This document shows positions 34,140 to 41,771 of a stretch of DNA of 41,771 nucleotides, piece by piece. A model generated the notes under the pieces. The model searched no databases. It was not told the DNA's origin and saw nothing but the letters and a program-made list of their open reading frames with translations. Positions within the stretch are counted from its first letter, which is position 1. Each line of letters starts with the position of its first letter. Origin of the DNA: a virus (lineage: Duplodnaviria > Caudoviricetes). The stretch is taken from positions 1-41,771 of IMG/VR virus record IMGVR_UViG_3300029142_000009; one strand, given 5' to 3'. Both the position numbers and the translations under genes were made by a program.

Positions 34140-34155
34140 AAGGAGGGCAATTTCG

Positions 34156-34866
34156 TTATTCTATTCCTGTACTCTCATCAAAATCTGTTGTAAAGTTCTC
34201 TGTAGTTTCTGCTGTAGAATCTTCTTTAGAACCAAACGTTAGGACTTCTGCCTGAGTGTCTGCTTCAAAAACTTTCTTTTCTGGCTTCTTAAGAAGCTTA
34301 ACTGACTGTAGCTTAACTGATGATCCTGCTACAGGCTTAGCTCCACGCTTAGTATCTCCTTCCTGGAAGTAAGAGATCAGTGCTAGCTTAACCTTAACAA
34401 TAGATCCTACAGGAAGTTCATGCTTCATAACACCTGATAGATCGCTATTACCGCCATCGCCTGCTCGCAGACTTCCAAAGAGGCCAGGCTTAAATAGACT
34501 CTTCGCTGTCACTTTTAGTCGACCATTGGTGAATACATCAGGATTACGCTTAGTACCATTTTTGGTAGTTTCGCTCAGATCAATAGTCTTTAGAGGAACT
34601 CCATAGTCGATGATATCCTGGTCAGGTCTTTGACTTCTTTCAAATTCGATATTTTCTAGGTGAGCGTCTGTGATAGCTTGGATCGCCGCCTTACCTTCTG
34701 TAGTTTCAGGGTCAAGCTCAAGCTGTAGATTATATTCGGGTTTAGTACTGTTGTACTGTGTACCCGCTTTAACGACTCTAGCAAATCCTGTCAAGGCTGG
34801 GCCTACCACAGTGATAACTTTGTTAGAGTTATTCTTAGTCTTCTTTGACGTACGAGTGTTTGTCAT
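34156..34866 (-). CDS. ssb: single-stranded DNA-binding protein (T7 gp2.5-like)
   Basis: PEYNLQL, KVTAKS..KP, GSIVKV and VKLQSVKLL pattern; acidic C-tail; strong promoter and RBS. Confidence 0.75.
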   Translation of the reverse strand: MTNTRTSKKTKNNSNKVITVVGPALTGFARVVKAGTQYNSTKPEYNLQLELDPETTEGKAAIQAITDAHLENIEFERSQRPDQDIIDYGVPLKTIDLSETTKNGTKRNPDVFTNGRLKVTAKSLFKPGLFGSLRAGDGGNSDLSGVMKHELPVGSIVKVKLALISYFQEGDTKRGAKPVAGSSVKLQSVKLLKKPEKKVFEADTQAEVLTFGSKEDSTAETTENFTTDFDESTGIE

Positions 34867-34933
34867 GTCATACTCCTTAAGGTTGTTAATTTGCTCTTAT
34901 GAGCTTACGGGGACTTCCCCTCTTGTTTCCTTT

Positions 34934-34962
34934 ATTATATCCTATTCGGATAATTCTGTCAA
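34934..34962 (-). promoter_or_regulatory. perfect consensus sigma70 promoter TTGACA-N17-TATAAT
   Basis: read directly; upstream of ssb. Confidence 0.9.
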
Positions 34963-35697
34963 CAGATCGTTGTACATTTCTTGAGAAATTGGAGGATTGT
35001 ACACCTCTTCTCTAGATCTTAACATTCTAAGTAGGCGGCACTGCTCTACGAAGTACTGATAAGGATGACTTCGGCGTGCGTATTCTTTAGCTACATGAAC
35101 ACAGTAGTGGAAGTCTACCTGACTCTCTACTATAGTTTTCCCTCGCATCTTATCCATAATCTTTCGCGCCGTCTCTGGTCCTACTCTATGTAACCCTGGT
35201 ATGTTATCTGTAGCGTCTCCGGTCAGTACCTGGGTCCAAAACAGGTCTATAGATTGAATATCGATTAACATAAATTGCTCATCTTTAACATAGTTATAGA
35301 ACTCAGCTGGGATCTGAAGCATGTCTTTGTCTATACTGGCGATGATAACATTCTCTAAACCATACTCATAGGCGCGGATAGCTACTAAGTCTTCACTTTC
35401 TAAGTGAGCCTCGCATTGAGCCCCGTAGTGCTCGAACATATATCCCTTGGCTACAAGTAGAAAAGGAGGACGCTCAGTATCTGACCTATTGCCTTTATAT
35501 GGCTTAGTTGTAGCTACATGGTTCCTAAATAGGTTTTTACTAGCCCCTTCCACATAGAGCTCGTATCTACCTTCCCAGGTCCTGTTCTTGATCCTGTCCA
35601 TATACTCATCCACGATGCGGAAGCAATCTTCACTTGTCTCAGCGATTCCGGCCATGTATGCTATAGAGTCGCCATCAATTAGTATCGTCTTTCCCAT
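34942..35697 (-). CDS. 5'-3' exonuclease (T7 gp6/FEN-like)
   Basis: LIDGD, YKGNR, ESED, SIDKD, GDATDNIPG motifs. Confidence 0.93.
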   Translation of the reverse strand: MGKTILIDGDSIAYMAGIAETSEDCFRIVDEYMDRIKNRTWEGRYELYVEGASKNLFRNHVATTKPYKGNRSDTERPPFLLVAKGYMFEHYGAQCEAHLESEDLVAIRAYEYGLENVIIASIDKDMLQIPAEFYNYVKDEQFMLIDIQSIDLFWTQVLTGDATDNIPGLHRVGPETARKIMDKMRGKTIVESQVDFHYCVHVAKEYARRSHPYQYFVEQCRLLRMLRSREEVYNPPISQEMYNDLLTELSE

Positions 35698-36178
35698 CTT
35701 CATCCTTCTTAGGTTTGATGTCAAATCCATGTTCTTTAGCTATAACAGCTGCTACTCTATCTGTAAGGTCCTTAACCGCATTCTTAGCGCCTTCGCTAGG
35801 AGCTTCATCTTTCTTTCTATCCAGCATATGTATAACGTTCATCACACTGGCTTGGTACGAAGGACTTCGCTTAACCATTACGGGTTCTTTGGGAGACACG
35901 CTGAACATAGTAGTTAGAATGTTACCCAATATGTCCTCGTCTTTAGGGTCTGCTATACAGAATAGGGCCTTGTTACCTTTATTAATTTCGCAATCCTTCA
36001 TACCTAGTAGATACAGGTCGCATGCCTCTAACGTAGCACCAGAATCGTTTTTATTATGTGGACTATTACTGAATTGTTTACAGAAGTTCTCATTGACGAT
36101 ATAAAACATATCCCATCTAATGAGATTGTCTATAGTATCTAAATAGAAATCTTCTTTCTTATTAGGATTCTTCGTCAT
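35675..36178 (-). CDS. hypothetical protein
   Basis: GAGGA RBS; ORF track. Confidence 0.6.
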   Translation of the reverse strand: MTKNPNKKEDFYLDTIDNLIRWDMFYIVNENFCKQFSNSPHNKNDSGATLEACDLYLLGMKDCEINKGNKALFCIADPKDEDILGNILTTMFSVSPKEPVMVKRSPSYQASVMNVIHMLDRKKDEAPSEGAKNAVKDLTDRVAAVIAKEHGFDIKPKKDEDGKDDTN

Positions 36179-36563
36179 CCTCTTCGTCCTCCCCTAATCT
36201 TTCTTCTAGTTCTTTAATTTTTGCTTCTAACTTGTCTAGCTTCTTCTGAGCTCTACGACGTTGCTCCTTGATCTTCTTCTTTTTATCTTGCTCCCAATGC
36301 AGATCCCACTTATCTCCTAGTCCCGCTTCCATTCGATTAACATACGTCTGAATCTCTTCCACTAATCCTTCAATATGATGCTGCCTTCTGGCCATCATGT
36401 ACTCTTCATCTTTTCCTTCTGGAATCAAAAGGTCAATGAAGGTGAAGTGCTTAGTCAGAGAGGTTCTTAACTCCTCCAGAGCTGAGCATACGTATCTATT
36501 GGTCATTTCTTGCCTCCTGTAGGTTGGCGTTCTTAATCTAAGTCTAGGTCTTGGCTTACCCAT
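36162..36563 (-). CDS. hypothetical coiled-coil protein; true start probably at MTNRYVC
   Basis: AGGAGG precedes the internal ATG. Confidence 0.6.
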   Translation of the reverse strand: MGKPRPRLRLRTPTYRRQEMTNRYVCSALEELRTSLTKHFTFIDLLIPEGKDEEYMMARRQHHIEGLVEEIQTYVNRMEAGLGDKWDLHWEQDKKKKIKEQRRRAQKKLDKLEAKIKELEERLGEDEEDDEES

Positions 36564-36775
36564 GCTAGCTCCTTAACACGCTCAAGTGCGCGTTCCATAG
36601 ATTCTACTGTGTAGTCTCCATGTTTTAGCTCGGCTCTAGCTACATTGTAAACCTCTTCTAACGCAGAGACAATAGCGTTGTGTCGTGATAATGAATTCAA
36701 GTAATAGCGGTGATCGTACATGTCACCCTCGAACTCTAGCTTCCATCTTAGAGGACTGTCATTACGTTCTTCCAT
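36533..36775 (-). CDS. hypothetical protein
   Basis: ORF track; GGAG RBS. Confidence 0.55.
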   Translation of the reverse strand: MEERNDSPLRWKLEFEGDMYDHRYYLNSLSRHNAIVSALEEVYNVARAELKHGDYTVESMERALERVKELAWVSQDLDLD

Positions 36776-36776
36776 C

Positions 36777-37631
36777 TTATTCTCTCCATTCGTTACTCTT
36801 CCACTCTTGTAGCACCCAATCTACTACTCGAGTCGTCTTCTCTACAGCTTCTTCCCAACTTTCGTTAGTCTTCGTAAGCTGTCTTGCTTTCGCCAGGGTC
36901 GAAATGATCTCATCTCGTGAATACCCTAGCTCTTGTAGGTTCTTAGTAGAGCTTATCGTTGCTCTGTGCGCATCTTCTTTAGCTATCAGTCCCGCTAATA
37001 AATTCATTGTCGTCTTATTCAGTTTTCCTTTCTGTTGCTCGTTGAATTTGATTTGCTTCTTTTCGATTTCTTCATACTGTTCTTTGCTGCAACCCAATGA
37101 TGTCAACCACTCTTCTAGTTCATCAGCCGTAATTACTTCTCCTACATCCTGTAAAGGCTGAGAGTCTGTAGCTAGACGAGATAATCTCGCAGGCTCAAAA
37201 CATGCTGCATCTGCCTCGGGTAACACCCTCTTCAACCTTCTCATTATACTTCTATAATAACATTTTCCTAGATCTTTGTCAACGGCAATGATTACATGGA
37301 GAGATTTGTTGCCGCTAAACACTATGGTCCTAAAAGGAATTCGCTTATCGCGAATAATATTCCACTGAGTCTCAAGATCATCGCAGTCGAACTCGATCAG
37401 GATGTTCCGCCGCTCCGTTAGATTGAGCTGCTTACGACTACTGCCAGGCTTTAGAGGGTTGATACAGAAGTATTTACCGTCCATTCTCTTAGCTTGGTCG
37501 GCGGGGACTACGTTCTTAGACTCTTTAGGAGTGTTCACGCAAACATTTACATGCTCATCATACCTGAAGAGCTTATTAATTACACTTCTAGTCATTATAT
37601 AGTGTCTCCGGTACAAATATTTTAGCTCCAT
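36777..37631 (-). CDS. AEP-superfamily (RepB-like) primase
   Basis: IEFD (motif I), FSGNKSLH (motif II), DAACFEPARLSR (motif III). Confidence 0.8.
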   Translation of the reverse strand: MELKYLYRRHYIMTRSVINKLFRYDEHVNVCVNTPKESKNVVPADQAKRMDGKYFCINPLKPGSSRKQLNLTERRNILIEFDCDDLETQWNIIRDKRIPFRTIVFSGNKSLHVIIAVDKDLGKCYYRSIMRRLKRVLPEADAACFEPARLSRLATDSQPLQDVGEVITADELEEWLTSLGCSKEQYEEIEKKQIKFNEQQKGKLNKTTMNLLAGLIAKEDAHRATISSTKNLQELGYSRDEIISTLAKARQLTKTNESWEEAVEKTTRVVDWVLQEWKSNEWRE

Positions 37632-37980
37632 GATATCTTAACTTAGTGAGGACTTCCGCCATTCTATCTCCTCCTCTTATTCTGCACTCGTGGTCCGCCC
37701 ATTCCGCAGGTCTTAGCCAAGGTATATCACCTTTATTAATGTCTTCAACGCTGAACTGGGAGTTACATTGGTTATGATTAGGGAATATGAAATCTCCTCC
37801 TTCAAAATAGATTGAGATTACTCGTCTGTCATCTTCTTCGTATGGCTGTCCTGCATTGTGCTCATAAGGAACATCATTCCAGTCGTCACCCCATTGATCA
37901 TCAAACTTTTCAGTAAAGTACAACTTGCCTTCGCTCCAGTCTCCCTCGGCGTAACATAGTCTAAAATTATCATGCTTCAT
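37588..37980 (-). CDS. phage hypothetical protein
   Basis: QWGDDWNDVPYEHNAG motif; ATGA coupling. Confidence 0.7.
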   Translation of the reverse strand: MKHDNFRLCYAEGDWSEGKLYFTEKFDDQWGDDWNDVPYEHNAGQPYEEDDRRVISIYFEGGDFIFPNHNQCNSQFSVEDINKGDIPWLRPAEWADHECRIRGGDRMAEVLTKLRYHGAKIFVPETLYND

Positions 37981-38285
37981 GACTTCTTCCTCGCCTTTTT
38001 CTTAGCTTCTTTCTCTAGGTGTTTCTGATACAGTTCGTCTTTGATCTTCTCTACTCTCTTATCTTCTTTATATCTGGCCAATCTTTCAGTGAAGGGTTCA
38101 CTAGTTATCTTATTTATATTATCTTCAGCGTGACCTACAGCTCTCATTACAGCTTTAAAACATTCTAAATGTTCTGTTAGCATATCTCCTGTACTTTCTA
38201 AAGTCATCTTGAAAGGAGGGTAGATTGTATCCCCACCATCACAGACAGCTCCTTCTTCCTCTACTACAAATTTCAGACTACCCAT
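37977..38285 (-). CDS. hypothetical protein
   Basis: GAGGA RBS; ORF track. Confidence 0.6.
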   Translation of the reverse strand: MGSLKFVVEEEGAVCDGGDTIYPPFKMTLESTGDMLTEHLECFKAVMRAVGHAEDNINKITSEPFTERLARYKEDKRVEKIKDELYQKHLEKEAKKKARKKS

Positions 38286-39669
38286 CTTTATCCTCCTCTT
38301 TTTCTATAATGTAAAAACCTCTATACTTTCCATTACGACCACGTTCGCAGCCGTTCTCTACTAACTTGTTACCGAATGACTCGGCGTTTGGTATGTAGGG
38401 TTGGCGGTAGCCGTTAGCGTTGCCCCAATCTAACATAGACTGGTAGAGATCACCACTAGGCTTTAACTTACCATTACCTTTACAGCCCGGCTCGTAACCC
38501 ATATCATTCATCCAGAGTTCGACGATGTGTCTCGGTCTGATCTCATCTTCATATTGTGATAGTTCTTGTGGCGTAATGTATCTAAATATCGGCGATGTCT
38601 TTTCTCCCATTGGCACCAGCCGTATGAGACGCTCATGGTCAAAACTATCAAGAAAATCAAGATCGATACCTCCACCGGTGTCAACTGATTCACCGTTGAC
38701 GAAGACTTGATGGATTCTTCTAAGGCCTGTAGTATCATTTAACAACTCCCTTGCTGGTTTGTTTGATGTACCAATGAGTACGCTCATCTTAGGCATTCTC
38801 ATCTCTGACTGTGTATACATCGCACGAAAGTTAACTTCATCATCCGTTACGATCTGTTTAAATCTAGCCATGTTCTTTACGGAACTACGGCCAGCGTCAT
38901 CGAACCATGCTACATAGTTGTACGCTAGGTTCATGAGTGAAAATTGGTCCTCCAGGCGGTCGAAGTGCGTCTTCCATACAAATCCCATATCGTTTATGGT
39001 CTCTAGTAGTCGGCGTACTGTTGTTGACTTACCTGTTTTCTGTGCCTTAGAAATAAATAGCAGCATTGCTTCGTTACCCTGTCGCAATATTGCCTGGGGA
39101 CCGTGATGCAACTTCATCTGAAGCTGCCAAAGAAAGTGTCCAATAAATGCTTTTTGTCTACGGAAATCCACTGAATCTTCATCTGGGTAGAGCTTGCCGC
39201 AGACTGCTCGCGTAAACGCTGTAAGTAATTCGTCAAACTCCTCTGGATTGTCGATAGGCTTAAACGTTTTCCGTAAAGTTTGCTTCTTTTCGTCCCATTG
39301 TTTTTCCAGGACCGCTTCGAATTCGAGTGCGATTGTCTCTCTCGAAACGGATCCGGGTTTAAGTCCGTGAATCCGTGCATATTGCCTCCATGTCTCATGC
39401 ATTCTGTAAAAGAACGCTTTGTGATTCCTTACGAGGTCTCCCTTCATGAAAATACCATTAGGTTCGACCGTTACTTTATTAGCTTCTGCGTAACCTCTTA
39501 CAAATTCCTCACAGCTAAGGTCTCGTCCAGCGTTCATAGCGGATTGCAGTAGTGTGTCATAGAAATTAGGCACGCCATTTCCATCATCAGCGTTTACTTT
39601 CAATTCACTGATTGCCTGGATGACTTTAATTCTTTCGTGTTCCAATTCTTCTTTGTCTACCTTTTTCAC
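38278..39669 (-). CDS. VirE/VapE-like superfamily 3 helicase
   Basis: Walker A QKTGKST, Walker B WFDD, GTSN sensor, DTTGLRR arginine finger. Confidence 0.85.
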   Translation of the reverse strand: MKKVDKEELEHERIKVIQAISELKVNADDGNGVPNFYDTLLQSAMNAGRDLSCEEFVRGYAEANKVTVEPNGIFMKGDLVRNHKAFFYRMHETWRQYARIHGLKPGSVSRETIALEFEAVLEKQWDEKKQTLRKTFKPIDNPEEFDELLTAFTRAVCGKLYPDEDSVDFRRQKAFIGHFLWQLQMKLHHGPQAILRQGNEAMLLFISKAQKTGKSTTVRRLLETINDMGFVWKTHFDRLEDQFSLMNLAYNYVAWFDDAGRSSVKNMARFKQIVTDDEVNFRAMYTQSEMRMPKMSVLIGTSNKPARELLNDTTGLRRIHQVFVNGESVDTGGGIDLDFLDSFDHERLIRLVPMGEKTSPIFRYITPQELSQYEDEIRPRHIVELWMNDMGYEPGCKGNGKLKPSGDLYQSMLDWGNANGYRQPYIPNAESFGNKLVENGCERGRNGKYRGFYIIEKEEDKDG

Positions 39670-39827
39670 TATACTAGCTCCTCCACTATGCCTAATCCTT
39701 CTGCAAGTATTAAAAGTATACCGCCTATTGCTAAGCTACCTACTCCTATAGCTACTCCCGCCGCAATCCTAACGCCGGATTTAATGAATGACACTATCAA
39801 ATGTCCTTTAGCTGTTGGATAGTCCAT
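39669..39827 (-). CDS. 52-aa membrane protein (MDYPTAKGH...LAEGLGIVEELV)
   Basis: GGAGG RBS; hydrophobic; stop overlaps the helicase GTG. Confidence 0.6.
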   Translation of the reverse strand: MDYPTAKGHLIVSFIKSGVRIAAGVAIGVGSLAIGGILLILAEGLGIVEELV

Positions 39828-39932
39828 GTTACCCTCCAAAAAGTCTGATTACTTCAATGAGTGGAAAGATCCACCCGAATGCTATGGCCATGCCTATAAA
39901 CATGTAACCTATTAACTCTGCTAGTTCTTGTA

Positions 39933-40166
39933 TCATGAGTACTCTCCTAGTCTTTGCGCACGTAAATACGAGCGGAGTGACTCTAATTCATCTACAATGT
40001 TATAAAGCTCGTCGATAGAGTCTCTAATGTTCGGACCTAAATGCTCAGGGAAATCTATATTGTCCAATTTATAGGCATTATTTCCTACTCTATCAATAAT
40101 AATGGCTACATGTTCGTCAGGATGAAGTGTCATTACTCTAGTATTATCCTTATTACTCATTTCCAA
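39933..40166 (-). CDS. hypothetical protein
   Basis: ORF track. Confidence 0.55.
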   Translation of the reverse strand: MEMSNKDNTRVMTLHPDEHVAIIIDRVGNNAYKLDNIDFPEHLGPNIRDSIDELYNIVDELESLRSYLRAQRLGEYS

Positions 40167-40407
40167 GCTCCTTTAGCTCATCATCGCTCTTTTTAGCTAA
40201 CTCTTCTACCATAAAACGTTTAGTTTGCATTAATGTCTGGATAAGATCATCTACTTCCTCCAAATTTAGTGAAATGCAGTTAGAAATATTATGTCCTATA
40301 CTATGAATACTCAATTCTACGTGTAACTCACCGTCTCTCTCGATCAAAAGTTGCTTCTTCTCTAACCTATACGTTACTTTCTTCATCACAAACTGCCTCC
40401 ACGCCAA
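40153..40407 (-). CDS. hypothetical protein
   Basis: ORF track; GGAGG before the internal start. Confidence 0.55.
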   Translation of the reverse strand: MAWRQFVMKKVTYRLEKKQLLIERDGELHVELSIHSIGHNISNCISLNLEEVDDLIQTLMQTKRFMVEELAKKSDDELKELGNE

Positions 40408-40633
40408 AATTATTACGTAATTCTTCTGTTATAGTCAGCGAAAACTCGTATTTCTCGCCTCTTTCTGCTAAATTAAGGCTTAACCAGTCTTTCCAAAGGT
40501 CAGGCCTATCTAATCTGTTAAAATGCTCACACAAGTCGATTATGAGCGAGTAGGAGGTATCGATCTCGTCCAAGTCAAGACGAGGGAATATCAATAATAG
40601 TGTTGTCCATTCTACTTTCCTGTCCATATTCAC
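40367..40633 (-). CDS. hypothetical protein; likely start ATG 40627, nearly leaderless
   Basis: ORF track; promoter directly upstream. Confidence 0.55.
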   Translation of the reverse strand: MNMDRKVEWTTLLLIFPRLDLDEIDTSYSLIIDLCEHFNRLDRPDLWKDWLSLNLAERGEKYEFSLTITEELRNNFGVEAVCDEESNV

Positions 40634-40635
40634 AA

Positions 40636-40664
40636 ATTATACTACCTTTTTGTGATTTTGTCAA
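40636..40664 (-). promoter_or_regulatory. perfect consensus sigma70 promoter TTGACA-N17-TATAAT
   Basis: read directly. Confidence 0.88.
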
Positions 40665-40768
40665 GTAATGCTCTTATTTCTTCCAGATGTCGTTTTCCTT
40701 CAGAGGTTAATTTACCTATTTCCTGTAGTTTTTCCAGCTGAATTACTAATTTTCGCATTCTTTCCTCA

Positions 40769-40972
40769 TCATCCTTCATAAAATAGCCTTCTTAAGGCCT
40801 TTATTGCGGCCTGTGCGCCTCTAATGTTAACTCCACTAGTCAAAACACTACCTTTATTGCTTTCGCGAATCTCTTCCTCTATAAGAGCTTCTACAGCCAC
40901 TCCTATATTGTCTAGTCGATCGATTTCCGAAGGATCAAGATCTCTAAGCTTAACTATTTTCTTCTTACTCAT
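40769..40972 (-). CDS. hypothetical protein (start MSKKKIV)
   Basis: AAGGAGGAGG RBS before ATG 40972. Confidence 0.6.
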   Translation of the reverse strand: MSKKKIVKLRDLDPSEIDRLDNIGVAVEALIEEEIRESNKGSVLTSGVNIRGAQAAIKALRRLFYEG

Positions 40973-41030
40973 GTCCTCCTCCTTTGAGGTTATATTTGTG
41001 CCGTAAAGCTCATTATATATCTCGTATGTT

Positions 41031-41207
41031 TTAGGAGTCATTTTCTTCTCCTAGTTTTTCTAAACGTTCAAAACTGTGGACAATATCTCCACCTAACGCG
41101 GACACGCTGATCTCATACAATGTCTTAGTACCGTTGTGCCACACGAAAATAAATGCTGTTTCGTCCTCATCTAATGGGATGACGACTTGTCTAGGTTTTT
41201 TTGTCAT
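41031..41207 (-). CDS. 58-aa hypothetical protein (MTKKPRQVVIP...)
   Basis: GAGGA RBS; open frame. Confidence 0.5.
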   Translation of the reverse strand: MTKKPRQVVIPLDEDETAFIFVWHNGTKTLYEISVSALGGDIVHSFERLEKLGEENDS

Positions 41208-41330
41208 TTTTCCTCAACTTATATAGTTCTTGTCTTATATTTGTCAATTCGTTCTCGATTTTAGACATATCTGATCCCTTGGACCCGAATAATACCCATA
41301 CTATAAAGAGCCATGCTGCTAGTTCTATCA

Positions 41331-41525
41331 TTATAACACCAACCACGCGTAAAAGCCCCAAAATCCACCAACTGCGATCTTTTCTTTGTTCTCAAAGAGA
41401 CATTTAGTCGGTTCAGTACGTATTTTTGCATAAGGAGCTAACATTTTGTTTAAAGCTCGACGTTCTGCACGTCTTTTATACCATTTCTTACTGTGATGCT
41501 TTGGTTTCTTACCTTTCTTAGCCAT
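41331..41525 (-). CDS. small basic hypothetical protein
   Basis: GAGGGGG RBS; ORF track. Confidence 0.45.
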   Translation of the reverse strand: MAKKGKKPKHHSKKWYKRRAERRALNKMLAPYAKIRTEPTKCLFENKEKIAVGGFWGFYAWLVL

Positions 41526-41754
41526 TTTTACCCCCTCTTATCGCTTCTGCGACCTTAACTAATTTTCTCGTACCTCTTTCTTCCAGATCTCCTGTAAAGA
41601 GCTGAAAGACGCTTAAAATGAGTGTTACCAACATCAGAGCTTTCATCTTACGCTCCTAAACTGTTGTAGTGTCCCGAAGTCAAGAGCACTTTCATTACCT
41701 TAATGACGTCCTCGTCTGTCAATTCTACTTGTGTGCTATCGTTTACTATTGATG

Positions 41755-41771
41755 GATCGTGACTGGGAAAC
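41755..41771 (-). other. SISPA primer remnant (artefact)
   Basis: reverse complement of positions 1-17. Confidence 0.95.

Noticed and set aside
21904-41700. Prophage or temperate lifestyle inferred from Leu at PolA position 762
   Set aside because: That association is only statistical; no integrase, repressor, partition gene or att site was recognised
1-41771. 17-bp terminal inverted repeat suggesting a protein-primed linear genome or transposon
   Set aside because: It is the SISPA primer GTTTCCCAGTCACGATC at both ends, so it says nothing about the real termini

Overview
A 41.8-kb, near-complete genome of a tailed dsDNA phage with podovirus-like gene order. Both ends carry the SISPA primer GTTTCCCAGTCACGATC, so they are library artefacts rather than genome termini. 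The + arm (about 0.1-21.9 kb) encodes morphogenesis: small and large terminase, portal, scaffold, major capsid, decoration and fibre proteins (two with C1q-like tips), adaptor, nozzle and internal-virion-like proteins. The - arm (about 21.9-41.7 kb) encodes early and replication functions: ECF-type sigma factor, holin-like protein, endonuclease I, dNMP kinase, family A DNA polymerase, two metallophosphoesterases, an HD hydrolase, a trypsin-like protease, SSB, 5'-3' exonuclease, AEP primase and a VirE-type helicase. It is driven by consensus sigma70 promoters. I saw no integrase, endolysin, tRNA, reverse transcriptase or CRISPR array. The most unusual signals are: (1) a large terminase with intact ATPase motifs whose nuclease acidic residues appear substituted; (2) a ~250-nt heavily base-paired, pseudoknotted non-coding RNA inside the head module; (3) four structured non-coding elements at 33.0-34.15 kb on the - strand, two sharing an identical stem-loop and one lying directly before a small PnuC-like membrane gene; (4) a single in-frame TGA within an otherwise continuous virion gene; and (5) an atypical PolA motif B. 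Protein assignments rest on motif recognition and gene order, and RNA structures were paired by eye. No searches or folding programs were run.
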